From Octopus vulgaris (taxonomy: Eukaryota), in NCBI GenBank assembly GCA_951406725.2, contig OX597825.1:23498001-23562000 (forward strand): a stretch of 64,000 bases of DNA, written 5' to 3'. Below are positions 25,997 through 39,970 of the stretch, one piece after another. A model generated the notes under the pieces. It made no database searches, had not been told where the DNA came from, and was given only the letters and a program-made list of their open reading frames with translations. A program made the translations under genes and the position numbers. Each line of letters starts with the position of its first letter. The stretch's first letter is position 1.

Positions 25997-26252
25997 GGAT
26001 ATATGTATGTATATGTATGTGTTTTCATGTGTGTGTATGTGTGTGTGTGCATGCTTGGTTTTCTTTAACCACTTGGCATTTTAAACCAGCCATATCCGGC
26101 CCAAAATTTTCTACCTGTTTTATGTTCAAACTGGGCAGATCTGGCCTCTCACACCTACCCAACAATGTCTTTGTAAAAATATATTGTTACGTCATTGAAA
26201 TGCATGATCATTTGAAGTCAATGTGAATATATAAGCTTTACATTTGACAAAG

Positions 26253-26830
26253 TGAAGGTGCATGGCTCAGTGGTTAGAGCGTCGAGCTTACGATCGCGAG
26301 GTTGCGAGCTCGAATCCGGGACCGGGCTGCGTGTTGTGTTCTTGAGCAAGACACTTTATTTCACGTTGCTCCAGTTAACTCAGCTGTAGAAATGAGTTGC
26401 GACGTCACAGTTGCCAAGCTGTATCGGCCCCTTTGCTTTTCCCTTGGATAACACTGGTGGCATGGAGAGGAGAGGCAGGTATGCATGGGCGAGCTGGCAG
26501 AAACGTTAACGCGCCGGGCAAAATGCTTAGCGGTATCTCGTCTGTCGTTACGTTCTGAGTTCAAATTCTGCCGAGGTAGACTTTGCCTTTCATCCTTTTG
26601 GGGTCGATAAATAAAGTACCAGTTACGCACTGGGGACGATGTAATCGGCTTAATACCTATGTCTGTCCTTGTTCGTCCCCTCTATGTTTAGCCCCTTGTG
26701 GGTAATAAAGAAATAGGTATGCATGGGCGACTGCAGGTCTTCCATGAATCCACCTTGCCCAGACTTGTGACTAGGAGGGTAACTTTCTAGGTGCAATCCC
26801 CTAGTCAGTGTCGTGACCAAATTGGGTCCC
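26253..26830 (+). mobile_element. SINE family D with nested family-B SINE
   Basis: Nested copy flanked by a 16-bp duplication AGGTATGCATGGGCGA (26477-92 / 26715-30). Confidence 0.85.
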
Positions 26831-27059
26831 GACATTTGGTAAACTAATGTGAATGCTGAGGGGTTAAGGTCTACTTTCCATTGAATTCAACTCAAGCCAT
26901 CGACTAACAAGAACACAGTGACAAATTTCATTTTACTAATCCTATGATTTTGAGCAACATATCATAGTATTCAAAGTACAAGTGTCTTCTATGTTAACAA
27001 TTAACTCTTCTTCTTTACTCTCTCTCTCTTTTTTTTTTCCCCCACCTCTCCAACCAAAG

Positions 27060-27268
27060 CTACTGAAGTGGATGCACCAGTAGAATTCAGATTCTCCAAT
27101 TCTAATGAAGATGTGGCACCAAACCAAACCGGAGGCAACTTTTTCTCTTTTGGTGCTGACAGTTTCACCTCGTCGAACGATCAAGATTCCAGAAATAATT
27201 TCTCTTTTGATTTTTCAGTTTCTTCCAGCTTAGAGTCTGCCAACAACCCGCCGTTTTCATTGTTTTAA
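27060..27268 (+). CDS. Terminal coding exon (E) with Phe-cluster C-terminus
   Basis: Long polypyrimidine tract 27001-27050 and AAG acceptor; phase-1 entry ATEVDAPVEFRF...NFFSFGADSF...NNFSFDFSVSSSLESANNPPFSLF-TAA. The five exons total 1086 nt = 361 aa + stop. Confidence 0.85.
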
Positions 27269-27274
27269 TCACCA

Positions 27275-27279
27275 CCTCG

Positions 27280-27362
<83 letters not shown>

Positions 27363-27811
27363 TTATGTGTGTGTTTGTGCGTGTGTGAGTGTGTGTGTGT
27401 GCGTGTGTGTGTGTGTGGTGTGCAAATGCCTAACAATATTGGTATACACATTAATATGCATATATGTATGTGCATGCATTTTGGCGTTGCAGTCAAGAAG
27501 AGATTTATGTATACCCACACACACATATATATACATAGACAAATACCCATGCACACATATATATACATAGACAAATTTAACATACAGACACATGTACACA
27601 GTTACAAGCATATATGGACACACAAACACAGACATACATACATGCATACACACACTCACACACACATATGCATTGATAGCTATACATATGAATTATAGAT
27701 TTTACACATTAAGACAGCCATATACACATATACATACATATACACATAGATATATTCACTCAGGGAAAGCTGTTACAAATCCATACCTTCACCTATATAT
27801 TCATTCCCAGC

Positions 27812-27850
<39 letters not shown>

Positions 27851-27881
27851 TGTAAATCTGGACACACTAAGAAACATGCAT

Positions 27882-27912
<31 letters not shown>

Positions 27913-28118
27913 CACATGCACTCACAGATACACACAAAGGCAGTGGCATTCGACATGTGCCTTAACTAAATACTCAGTGTGTGTAATAGTCATTCGTGAA
28001 GTGAATTGTCAACAAGATAACTTATCATGCCGGTCATATGTAAACTATTTTGGGTGAGAAAAGTATATATTTGTACACTTTTCTCTCTACACCTCTCTCC
28101 TCTCTCCTTCTCTTTTTC

Positions 28119-28174
<56 letters not shown>

Positions 28175-28340
28175 CACGCATACACGTGTATGTATATATA
28201 TATATATATACATACGTACACACACATACACACACACGTGTGTATATATATATAAATATATTTGTATAAATACATACATATGTATGAATTTATATATATT
28301 ATTATATATGCAAATATATATATATGTTTGTATATGTGCA

Positions 28341-28373
<33 letters not shown>

Positions 28374-28750
28374 CGTGATGCATATATGCCATTTGAATAT
28401 GGCTAACCCAAAAGGGTGGATGCTACTGTAGTTTGTAGCCCCAGGAACTACATATATATATATATATACACAAATGTACACACATGCATCACATATATTT
28501 ATTTATGTAGATGTTTATATGTGTACAAACATGTTTGTATATACATATGGTGGAGTGAACGTTGTGTAAGTTGCAGCTACAGACACATTTAAACAAACCT
28601 AACCTCTATTATATATACTTGTCAGATATATGTATTTGTGTTTCCCTGTGCGGAAGTGTTTACATGTAAACGCATATACACCCTAACACGTACACACACG
28701 AATATAATCACACAAACAAACACACACACACATACACACACACACAAACA

Positions 28751-28792
<42 letters not shown>

Positions 28793-28890
28793 CATGTATG
28801 TGTGTGTGTGTGTACTATTTTGCAAGATTTGAAAATTGTTAAATAGTATTTCTGTATTGTATATTTTGTAACCATTGTTGTGTGTTTGTA

Positions 28891-28923
<33 letters not shown>

Positions 28924-28929
28924 CATATA

Positions 28930-28983
<54 letters not shown>

Positions 28984-29027
28984 GTATACATACATATGTA
29001 CATATATGTATGTATATACACACACAT

Positions 29028-29060
<33 letters not shown>

Positions 29061-29210
29061 TATACTTTTTTTAAGTATGTATATATATATATGAAGCTGC
29101 AGAATTTTGCAGTTTAATAAAAAGTATATTTCTCTACCTTTGTTATTCAAGTACTATTTTTTCCACATTGTTTGCACTTATGTGCTAACCTATGTGTGAA
29201 TATATGTTTA

Positions 29211-29279
<69 letters not shown>

Positions 29280-29390
29280 GTGTGTGTATATATTTATATA
29301 TCTGTGTAGATATATGTATATATTTATGTATATATATATATATATATATATGCACACACACACACACACACATATATTTATTTATTAACA
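27275..29390. repeat. Dense (TG)n/(CA)n/(TA)n microsatellite field downstream of the stop codon
   Basis: Direct inspection; probably partly 3' UTR. Confidence 0.9.
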
Positions 29391-30659
29391 TTTCATATAC
29401 TCATGAAATAGAATGTCTTTAAGAACTATCTCCCCAATTGAAAGAGGTAGATGAAGCTGTAATAAACTCACACACAACACTCCCCCACTCACCAATCTGT
29501 GACTGCTTCAGGCAACAAGAGCAGAATAAACGCATTAAATATGACGTCTTTATTTCATATACTTAATGTATTATGGTACTGAAGTCACGTCACAGGCGTT
29601 TATAGTGTCTCATTATATCAATAATTGGAACAGTCTTCAGGAAATATCCTAACTAACATCATAATGGGAAATATTCACTCAATTATACACTGATATTCCA
29701 AGCATTGTATTAGCATCGCATTATGATGAATTTGCATCATTTTGTTGTATTTTGGGAGGGTCATTACGCCAATAATCAACACATGCACTGGTTCTGTTTG
29801 ATTTCTTTTATTACAAGTTGACTAGTGAAATATTTAACTTATTAACTTTATTAACTAATTGATTGTTTGATTAATGGTTTGCTCGATCAGTTAGCTAGGT
29901 TCCATCTGTTCATCACTGTTCATGAACTCAACAATGACAGGCTCCCTCCAGGCCTGCTTGGGGTCTATCTATCTATCTGTCTGTTTGTTTCCTAGTTTAG
30001 AGGTTCTATAGTTGAGCTGGCAGAAACGTTAGTGTGCCGGGCGAAATGCTAAGCGGTATTTCGTCTGCCGCTACGTTCTGAGTTTAAATTCTGCCGAGGT
30101 CGACTTTGCCTTTCATCCTTTCAGGGTCGATTAAATTATGTACCAGTTACGCACTGGGGTCGATGTAATCGACTTAATCCCTTTGTCTGTCCTTGTTTGT
30201 CCCCTCTATGTTTAGCCCCTTGTGGGTAGTAAAGAAATATATATAGATGTGAGTGAGAATGCATAGGAGAGGAGAGAGAGACTTTGTGTGTGTGTGTGTG
30301 TGTGTAGAAGTGTGCATGCATATGTGTTCATGTATGTTCATGGTAGAAGATTCATTGACTAAACAATTTATCAAGCAATGGATGTTCTAATTGGTTAAAT
30401 GGTTTAGTTCACTAATAATAATAGTAATGAAAGAAGTGAAATTGAATCAGTGCATGTGTTTATTATTGGCATGACAACCCTCCTAAGATAAATGCTTGAG
30501 TTCATATTAAGAATCTTTGTAAACCAAATACAAAAGCTAAAATCATTTTCTTTTTGTATTAAATAAATAATATTTATATTTTTGTCAGTTTTGGTTTGAC
30601 ATTGTCTGTCTTCACTAGCCAGATGGCATGTCCTTGATCCACACATAGAAAGTCATTTA

Positions 30660-30661
30660 TA

Positions 30662-30733
<72 letters not shown>

Positions 30734-30748
30734 CCTGTATATTTATCC

Positions 30749-30788
<40 letters not shown>

Positions 30789-30810
30789 GTATATCTATCT
30801 ATCTATATGC

Positions 30811-30858
<48 letters not shown>

Positions 30859-31082
30859 TCAGGCATACAAATAAATGGATTTACCAGTATATATTAATAT
30901 AAACACACACATACACACACTCACACATGCACACACACAAACACATACACACGCACACACACACACACACATATATATATACATACATATCTATCTGTGT
31001 ATATATATATATATATTTCTTTATGTGAATATGTTGAGTGAAAGAGAGCATTCCATATATATATATTTGGCAGAAGTATGTA

Positions 31083-31122
<40 letters not shown>

Positions 31123-31501
31123 CGTACACACATGTATATACACATCTGCCAATGTATGTAATGCTAGACATTGACAGGTATGTATGTGCCTATAATACTC
31201 GTTCACACCTGAACGTGAACATGTATCTCAAACCACATACTTATATGCAGACACACACAAATACACACACACACAAACACATGCACACACACACACACAC
31301 ACACACAAACACATGCACACACACAAACACACAAACACACACACTCACACAAACACACACACACACAAACGCATTTATGCACACACACACACAGAGACAA
31401 ATACACACACACACATTCACACAAACACATGCACACACACACACTCACACACACACACAAACACATGCACACACACACACACACACACACACATGCACAC
31501 A

Positions 31502-31543
<42 letters not shown>

Positions 31544-31602
31544 CATTTATGCACACACACACACAGAGACAAATACACACACACACATTCACACAAACAC
31601 AT

Positions 31603-31662
<60 letters not shown>
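30660..31662. repeat. (TCTA)n, (TA)n, (GA)n and long (CA)n field with internal block duplication
   Basis: AAACGCATTTATGCACACACACACAGAGACAAATAC occurs twice (~31367 and ~31539). Confidence 0.9.
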
Positions 31663-31663
<1 letters not shown>

Positions 31664-32276
31664 ACTTATATGAGGAAATAACTTGTTTGTTTAACCAAGC
31701 TTGTTTATGCTGTAATTGTTGGTTTTTAAAATAAATTTTAATGGTTTTTTTTTTACTTTTTTAGCAACTGTGTTATTTTTTTTTCCCACCATCTCCTTCT
31801 TATTTATAGTTGTTTACCTAATTTAAAAGGAATATTCAAATAAACTTAGAAATAAAATCATTGGAATTTTACTTTTTCTACTTTCACTTTGCTGTTTATT
31901 ATTTTAAAAACACCAATTTTTATATATTTATAAAATAAAATAACATAAGTAAATATTTTCTCTATTATCTTTATAGGAAAACCTGTTAATTTTTTTTCTT
32001 GTTTATTTAATTGTATTGGTTTACTTTTCTTATAAATTTGAGAAATTCTCAATCTCTGTTGCATGGTCTTTTCCTCGTGTTTTACTATTATATATCATTG
32101 TATTCTAAATCCCTCATATTTTCATATCTTGTGTGTAATACGATAAGATCTTAGATGTAGAATATTTTACACGAAAAGCTTTTGTGTCTTACCATCTATT
32201 CTATTATTCCATTTTATAATCTTATGCGTGGATATGTGTTGAAACAGTATGAGAATTGAGTTTTTCTTTGTTATAG

Positions 32277-32682
32277 CTTTACTCTTTTACTTGTTTCAGT
32301 CATTTGACTGCGGCCATGCTGGAGCACCGCCTTTAGTCGAGCAAATCGACCCTGGGACTTATTCTTTTGTAAGCCTAGGACTTATTCTATCAGTCACTTT
32401 TGCTGAACCGCTAAGTGACGGGGACGTAAACACACCAGCATCGGTTGTCAAGCAATGCTAGGGGGACAAACACAGACACACAAACATATACACACACACA
32501 CTTATATATATATATATACATATATACGACAGGCTTCTTTCAGTTTCCGTCTACCAAATCCACTCACAAGGTATTGGTCGGCCCAGGGCTATAGCAGAAG
32601 ACACTTGCCAAGATGCCACGCAGTGGGACTGAACCCGGAACCATGTGGTTGGTAAGCAAGCTACTTACCACACGGCCACTCC
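32277..32682 (-). mobile_element. SINE family A
   Basis: Full-length reverse-complement copy. Confidence 0.85.
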
Positions 32683-32882
32683 AGCTTGTTCATTATTTTT
32701 TTCTCATAACCAGGATATTTAAAATAATGGAGTATTTCACTTGCTTTAACACTACATGGACGATATTAAAAAAATAAATTTAATTAATGGAGATTTGTTA
32801 GTTTGGGGTATTCCCAGTGAGATTTGAACTCATCTGTTTATTCAAATATTACTGTATTATTAATATTTATTATGGGAAAATT

Positions 32883-33450
32883 GTGGCGAGCTGGCAGAAA
32901 CGTTAGCACCCTGGGCGAAATACTTTGCGGTATTTCGTCTGCCGCTACATTCTGAGTTCAAATTCCGCCGAGGTCGACTTTGCCTTTCATCCTTTCAGGG
33001 TTGATTAAATAAGTACCAGTTACACACTGGGGTCGATGTAATTGACTTAATCCGTTTGTCTGTCCTTGTTTGTCCCCTCCGTATTTAGCCGCCTGTGGGT
33101 AGTAAAGAAATAGGTATTTCGTCTGCGGTTACGTTCTGAGTTCAAATTCTGCCAAGGTCGACTTTGCCTTTCATCCTTTCGGAGTCGATTAAATAAGTAC
33201 CAGTTACGCACTGGGGTCGATGTAATCGACTTAATACGTTTGTCTGTCCTTGTTTGTCCTCTCTGTGTTTAGCCCCTTGTGGGTAGTAAAGAAATAGGTA
33301 TTTCGTCTGCAGTTACGTTCTGAGTTCAAATTCCGCCTTTCATCCTTTTGGGTTGACAAATTAAGTACAAGTTGTGCACTGGGATCGATCTGATCGACTG
33401 TCCCCTCCCACCCAAAATATTCAGGCCTTGTGCCTGGAGTATAAAAGAAT
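32883..33450 (+). mobile_element. Family-B SINE trimer
   Basis: One head plus three bodies joined at AAAGAAATA|GGTATTTCGTCTG; last unit has the alternative GGCCTTGTGCC tail. Confidence 0.85.
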
Positions 33451-33890
33451 ATTTATAATGCAAAAGAAAAGTGATGAGCTGGTGCAATCATTACTGCATT
33501 AGGCAAAATGGTTAGCAGCATTTTGTATGTCTCTATGTTCTGAGTTCAGACTCTGCCAAGATCGACTTAGGCTTTTATCCATTCAGGGTCGATAAAATAA
33601 GTACCAGTTGAGCACTGGGGGTCAATGTAATTGACTTATCTTCTTCGCTGAAATTGCTGGCCTTTTGACAAGAATTGAAATTTATATGATAATCTGTGTG
33701 TTCGTTTGCTCTATAAAAACAAACTCAGAAATAGCAAAACATTAAAAGTACCTTCCCCCCTACACACATACACACACCTTCCTCTACTCATGCTCTCCTC
33801 ACCTCATCGATCGATCTCACTGTTTATTGAAACAATAGTGAGATTATATATGATCTGGGAGTACAAGGACTTGTACTTTTATATCTAATG

Positions 33891-34082
33891 TCACTTGTTC
33901 ACGGATTCAAGATGTTGTTCTTTTGTAGCTTTCGCCTGCAGACATATTTTGCTTTGGCGAATTTCCTTCGAGAGAGAGAGAAGAGAGAGAGTTCTAGACT
34001 TACAGTTCAACATTGCAATAACATTGCATAATTCTTTGGTTTGTCGTTTTGTTGTAGAACTTCCAATAAGTACTTGACAGTG
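33891..34082 (-). CDS. Putative terminal exon of - strand gene (HCQVLIGSSTTKRQ...EQHLESVNK*)
   Basis: Pyrimidine-rich acceptor ...ttcttttctcc...tttacttcAG; 63 open codons in phase 0 to TGA at 33891-33893. Confidence 0.4.
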   Translation of the reverse strand, partial: HCQVLIGSSTTKRQTKELCNVIAMLNCKSRTLSLLSLSKEIRQSKICLQAKATKEQHLESVNK

Positions 34083-34454
34083 CTGAAGTAAATACTATTT
34101 ATAGGAGAAAAGAAAGGTCAGAAATCAAGTAACTAAGTTTGATAGGTAAAATATGTACAAGAAGAATTTTCAGCAGCAGCATCCATCTCCATCATCATCA
34201 TCATCATCACCTTTATCATCCTCGTCGTCATCACCATCACCGTCGTCGTCGTCATCGTCATCATCACCAACTGTTTTTATATCTGCTGCTTTTCCATGCT
34301 GGTATGTGTTGGGCAGTTTTTCTGAACAGCGTTTTGTATGCAACTGGTTGCTATTCTCGTTACCGACCTTTGTAGTTGCCACACATGACAAAAGCAGGGA
34401 TGCAATGTATCTATTCTAAAACTGGAAACACTGGGTAAAAAAAAAAGCTTACAT

Positions 34455-34868
34455 ACTCTTTTACTCTTTTACTTGTTTCAGTCATTTGACTGTGGCCATG
34501 CTGGAGCACCACCTTCGTATGTCTCTATGTTCTGAGGTCTTATTCTTTGGAAGCCTAGTACTTATTCTATCGGTCTCTTTTGCCGAACCTCTAAGTTACA
34601 GGGACGCAAACACACCAGCATCGGTTGTCAAGCAATGTGTGTGTGTATGTGGGGGGGACAAACACACACACAAACAAACACATGCACACACATATACATA
34701 TATACGACGGGCTTGTTTCAGTTTCCGTCTACCAAATCCATTCACAAGGCTTTGGTCGACCCGAGGCTATAGTAGAAAACACTTGCCCAAGGTGCCATGC
34801 AGTGGGACTGAACCCAAAACCATGTGGTTGGTAAGCAAGCTACTTATCACACAGCCACTCCTGCGCCT
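34455..34868 (-). mobile_element. SINE family A
   Basis: Full-length reverse-complement copy. Confidence 0.85.
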
Positions 34869-34874
34869 ATACGG

Positions 34875-35152
34875 TAAAAATCTGAGATACAATAAAATAC
34901 TAGGATAAACTCAGTAGAGAAAAACCATGATAAGGAGGAAAAAAACCACTGAGATGCGCCTAATAAAATGCTAGGATAAACGTTAAGATAACCTGGACAT
35001 GCTGTACAAAATCTAGGATGGAAACGGTTAAAACTGGGAGACACATAGACCCGTTAAAAAATATAGGATACCCATGGTAAAAGCTAGGATGCTTAAGATA
35101 AAAACTAGAATATACATAGTTAAGAACCGAAATACTCTAAAAATCTAAGAAG
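34875..35152 (+). repeat. Degenerate ~21-22-bp minisatellite (AAAA-n-CTAGGATA core)
   Basis: About 13 recurrences such as AAATACTAGGATA, AAAATGCTAGGATA, AAAATCTAGGATG, AAAAGCTAGGATG with divergent spacers. Confidence 0.6.
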
Positions 35153-35682
35153 CACACCAAAACAAAAACAAACAAACAAACAAAAAACAGGTATTCTCAC
35201 CAATATTTTTTGAGATATAATATTGTTGATTTCTTGGTTTGAGTCTAGTCATGAAAGAAAAACAGGTGAGAGAGGGAATTAAAATGTGCTGAAGGAAGGT
35301 GGGTGGGTGAGCTGTAAAATAATTTGAGACAGAGGTAAACATTTTTAATAGAATTACAAAGTTATGGCCTTTGGAATATTTGATATGCAAATTTGAAGCT
35401 GAGTTAATTTCTGACAACATAGCACTTTGTGATGAAACATTTTATACGTTTTCCTTAAGAAAATTAGTTTTTTTCATTGAAGTGTCGACTTGTGAATATA
35501 TCATTACAAATAAAAATTCGAAATATGTTGGGGTGTCAAATGTCAAACAAGTATCATTGAGTGGCAACAGTAGAATTTATGAAAGAGAATTTGGTTGGTA
35601 AATGATAGAGAGAGGATGAAATTTAGTGAATGCTGAAAGCATAATATGACCGAAAGACCAGATGACATAGATACTGTATATA

Positions 35683-36047
35683 TACTCTTTACTCTTTTAC
35701 TTGTTTTAGTCATTTTGACTGCGGCCATGCTGGAGCACCGCCTTTAGTCGAGCAAATCGACCCCTGGACTTATTCTTTTGTAAGCCCAGTACTTATTCTA
35801 TCGGTCTCTTTTGCTGATCCGCTAAGTAACGGGGACATAAACACACCAGCATCGGTTGTCAAGCAATGCTAGGGGTACAAACACAGACACACAAACACAC
35901 ACATGCATATATATATATATACATATATACAATGGGCTTCCTTCAGTTTCCGTCTATCAAATCCACTCACAAGGCTTTGGTCGGCCCAAGACTATAATAG
36001 AAGACAGTTGCCCAAGGTGCCACGCAGTGGGACTGGACTCGGAACCA
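35683..36047 (-). mobile_element. SINE family A (5'-truncated)
   Basis: Reverse-complement copy lacking the A-box region. Confidence 0.8.
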
Positions 36048-36139
36048 TACTGTATATGTATATTTATTTATTTTTTATGTCATCTAGTTTCAGCTCACAA
36101 GCTATGGCCATGCTAGGGCACTGCCATTTAATAAATGTG

Positions 36140-36382
36140 CCATTTTAAAACCTAGCCAGGCTCATAGGCCCGGTATCCTGGTTTCTATGGTGTATGTGTT
36201 CCCCAGCTGGACGGAACGCCACTCCATCGCAGCGTTACTCATTTTTTCCAGCTGAGTATACTGGAGCAACGTGAAATGAAGTGTTTTGCTCAAGAACACA
36301 ACGCGTCGCCCGGTCCAGGAATCGAAATCACAATCTTACGATCATGATGCTGACACCCTAACCACTAAGCCACGCACCTCCA
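36140..36382 (-). mobile_element. SINE family D with V-domain-like segment
   Basis: Reverse-complement homologue of 4079-4330. Confidence 0.8.
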
Positions 36383-36455
36383 CATGTAGTTTTTTTTCTA
36401 AAGAATTGCTTAATGAGACAATACGAAACGAGAAAAAGCAACAATGTCTAGGACG

Positions 36456-36868
36456 GGATCTTTTCAGTTTGAACGGCAGTTTTTTAACATAATTTCTAGG
36501 TAACTAAAAAATTTTAAACTTCGTATACTGGTAGAATGTGTTTATAAAACTTCTTTTTCTCTTGGCTTTATTGAGAAAATTCTATAGTTTGTAAGATATT
36601 TGTTGTTTTTTTATTCAATTTCTGCAATTTCAACCAATCAAATACGTCTATTGAGGTAAAAAACATTCTGTGCCATATGAATATGTCCCTCGTTTAAGAA
36701 ACAGATTGGGTTTATTTACATTTGTGAAGAAAAAAGATACCCTTCCTCAACCCCTAACCCTAACCCTAAAACATTGAAATGCATTAGATCGATACTAGGG
36801 TTATAATTATGGGTGACAATTTCATATGACACCGCTAGAAAAAACTGCCGTTCAAACAGAAAAGATCC
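36456..36868. mobile_element. MITE with 8-bp TSD (Merlin- or hAT-like), copy 1
   Basis: TIR GGATCTTTTCAGTTTGAACGGCAGTTTTT; perfect TSD CTAGGACG at 36448-55 and 36869-76; internal (CCCTAA)n. Confidence 0.9.
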
Positions 36869-37494
36869 CTAGGACGACTTGTTCCTTGTAATTACAAACG
36901 GGTTATCGTGTCATTAAAAATATGAATTTTAAGAAGATTACATATCTTTTTAAGAAACGTACCATGCCTACCACATTTGGATTGAGTGAAACGAGCATCA
37001 GTCTAGTGCGTGTGTAATATTTTACAAATAACTATCATGGAACAATGAAATGGAGGAAGAAACTAAATAAGAACAGCAACAAGGGAAAAGAAGTCAAAGA
37101 GGATAAAGTTTGAATGAGGCAAGAGCCACAGGGAATATTCTTTGGTGCACGAACAGGAATATGAACTGGAGACCAAGAGAGGAAACAAGTGTGAAAACGG
37201 TGCGTGACAAGAACAGAAAGAAGGACGATTGCATGTAGTAGAGGAGGATTCACCAGGGAAAGAAATAGAAGAAAAGGAAGTGGGATATGAAGAAAGGAGA
37301 GAATGGTTAATGTCAGAAAGCGAAAAGGAAAGAAGAAAAATTTCCAGAAAGAATAAATTTATCATGAGAGCAACGCACGAGAGCAAGATTTATATATCTT
37401 ACAGTGAACAACTTTGTACATAAGGAATTTGAAACTTAAACTTCTAGATAGGGCACAATGAATGGTTTCTGCCGCTTCTGCCCATCACTGTAAT

Positions 37495-37789
37495 CACGTG
37501 ACCGATCAGACCATCAGATGTTGTTACACATCACTGGTCACAATGCGTTCGCATTGTTTCAGCTTTCGAATGACGCCACCCCGCTGGCTAAGCGAGCAGG
37601 CCAACAGAAGAAAGAGTGAGAGAAAGAGTGGTGAAAGAGTACAGCAGGGATCACCACCCCCTGCCGGAGCCTCGTGGAGCTTTTAGGTGTTTTCGCTCAA
37701 TAAACACTCACAACGCCCGGTCTGGGAATCGAAACCGCGATCCTACGACCGCGAGTCCGCTGCCCTAACCACTAAGCCATTGCGCCTCC
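37495..37789 (-). mobile_element. SINE family C (tail variant 2)
   Basis: Same head and middle as the 10935 copy, different tail; TSD ATCACTGTAAT. Confidence 0.85.
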
Positions 37790-39492
37790 ATCACTGTAAT
37801 ATGTCAAAAAACAACTTCAGCATAGGAGGAAACATTAGACACATTTAGGTGTTTTCGAATTGCATAATAGAGAAAGAAAATAGGAGTTTGAAGTCAGATG
37901 CTTTCTGCTTGCATAGAAATTAGAAGGGCATTTAAAATCGGTAAGGATACATTTCAAGGAAGGCGTGGCTGTGTGGTAACAAGTTTGCTTCCCAACCACA
38001 TGGTTCTAGGTTCAGTCCCCCTGCAACGCACCTCTTGAAAATGTCTTCTACTATAGTTCCGGACTGACCAAAGAATTGTGTATGGATTCAGTTGACATCC
38101 CTGACCGCGTACTATGTTGTGTTCTTGATAAAAAATACTTAATTTCAAGTTGCTCTGCTACCACTTCGACACCTGATGTGTGGTACACCGTGTACCTGTA
38201 CAGGTAATGCCGATTTGATGGAGGGAGCCTGCTGATGCGACAGCACAAACAAATCATTTATGCTGGTTGTTCAGCAAGAAATTGCAGAGCCCTCGTCTCT
38301 CGTTAACGACAAGAAAGTCCATCACATGTGTACGTGTGTGACTTGGTGTTTATATTTGTCCCTACCCACTGTTTGACAACTGATGTCGGTTTATTTAAGT
38401 CCCGCAACTTAGTAGTTCGGCAAAACAGACTAATATAATAATTTCCAGGCTTAAAAAATAAATAGCGGGGTCAATTCGTTCAAGTAAACTCTTGAAGATG
38501 GTCAGCCAGTATGGTTGCAGTATGGTCAGTATAGCTGTAGTATGGCCAGTATGGCTGAGACAAAAGATAAAGATTAGTAACAGATTTCGTTTTTGTATTT
38601 GGTTTGCAAGATTTATAATGTGAAATCGTGTATTGAAACAGATTTTGCTGCATCTCGGGAGGGTCATGAAGTCAAACACGCACGCAGTGATTTATTTCAC
38701 TTCATTTATTCTTAGTCTTTTGGTTAACTATTTAACCAATTAATCGATTGTTCGATTAATCTTTCATTCAATCAATCAATCAACTAGTTTTGGTCAAGTT
38801 CTTTCGACACCATTGCTTCAGGTCTCTGGTATTACGACACTTTCGAGATACAAAGAAATTAGTAACATAGTTGTAGAGAAAAAGTAATTGCGCGTTTGTT
38901 TTATGGTTCCTTAAACCTTTTTTTTCTTTTTTTTACCAAAATCTCGTCGGTGGGTAATGCAACGAGAGTATAATTTTGTTTCAACATCAGTAGGATTTCC
39001 CAGAATATTTGTGTGAGTTAACTGGCAAACTAGAACCTATAAGTTACCGAAACGTCAAAGACAAAATAAGATCGTATTGCTGACCCAAATGGACAAGATG
39101 TTTTGTTGCTTCAGAGGGCGTGATCATATGTATCACCTAATGTCTAAATGTGTTCCCAAATGATGGAGCGAAGTGACAGTTTGCATAACTCTTAGCAGAT
39201 ATCAGAGAAAAACACGACAATGGAATAAATAATAGATATAATCAAAGTTGTTGGAAAGAAATTATTCAAAATCTTGACAATATCATAAGAGAAAATTTAA
39301 AGCAGCAGATAAAACTATCAGAGAAGTAGAGCGTGAGGAAGAAGGGACAGGCGTAACAAAAGAGTCATTTCCTAAATACCTATGTATTTAGGAAACACAG
39401 GAACTCAGACGGGGTTGATATTATCCATGATATTTATGTATAAAGATTTTCGAGTGTTACCCTGCAATAGCTCTGTGGTTGATTTTAACGTA

Positions 39493-39970
39493 CCGTAAAT
39501 CCTCGAGTATAGTTCGCCCTAGAGTATAATATGCAAGGGATTTTTAGGGGACTGCACCTCTGAAAAACCTAAACCGTGTGTATAATACGCACCCCTTCTC
39601 TAACTTGAGTCAAGGAGGTCTATATAACATCCTTGGTTTGTAAAAATGTATACGGTAACGTCCTTTATTATTATTGTACATATAACATAATGCAAACGTT
39701 TAGCTTTTTTGTGCATTGTTTGCAGAAAATAAAGAAATAACAATAATAATGTTTAATAAATATTGCTTACTGCAAGTTATGGCTGATTCTTTTATTACTT
39801 CAGTGCTTTCAGGCCTAGCTTAAGGTATTTCGCGCCCGACATCACAAAATATGTCTCAATAAACATTGCCAGACAGCAAATAGAGATTCGGACATTGCTT
39901 AGAAAATAATTTTCATTTCTGACCTTTAAATTTTGGGGAAAAAATGCGGATTATACTCGAGGATTTACGG
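39493..39970. mobile_element. MITE, Tc2/pogo-like, copy 2
   Basis: TA|CCGTAAATCCTCGAGTATA ... TATACTCGAGGATTTACGG|TA; inverted homologue of 13800-14312. Confidence 0.9.

Noticed and set aside
32883-33450. Regular direct repeats superficially like a CRISPR array
   Set aside because: ~185-bp SINE bodies without unique spacers; eukaryotic context, no cas genes.
33927-34003. Internal GTAAGT donor / CTGCAG acceptor inside the putative terminal exon (- strand)
   Set aside because: A possible short intron, but the frame reads through intact, so it is not required; unresolved without RNA data.
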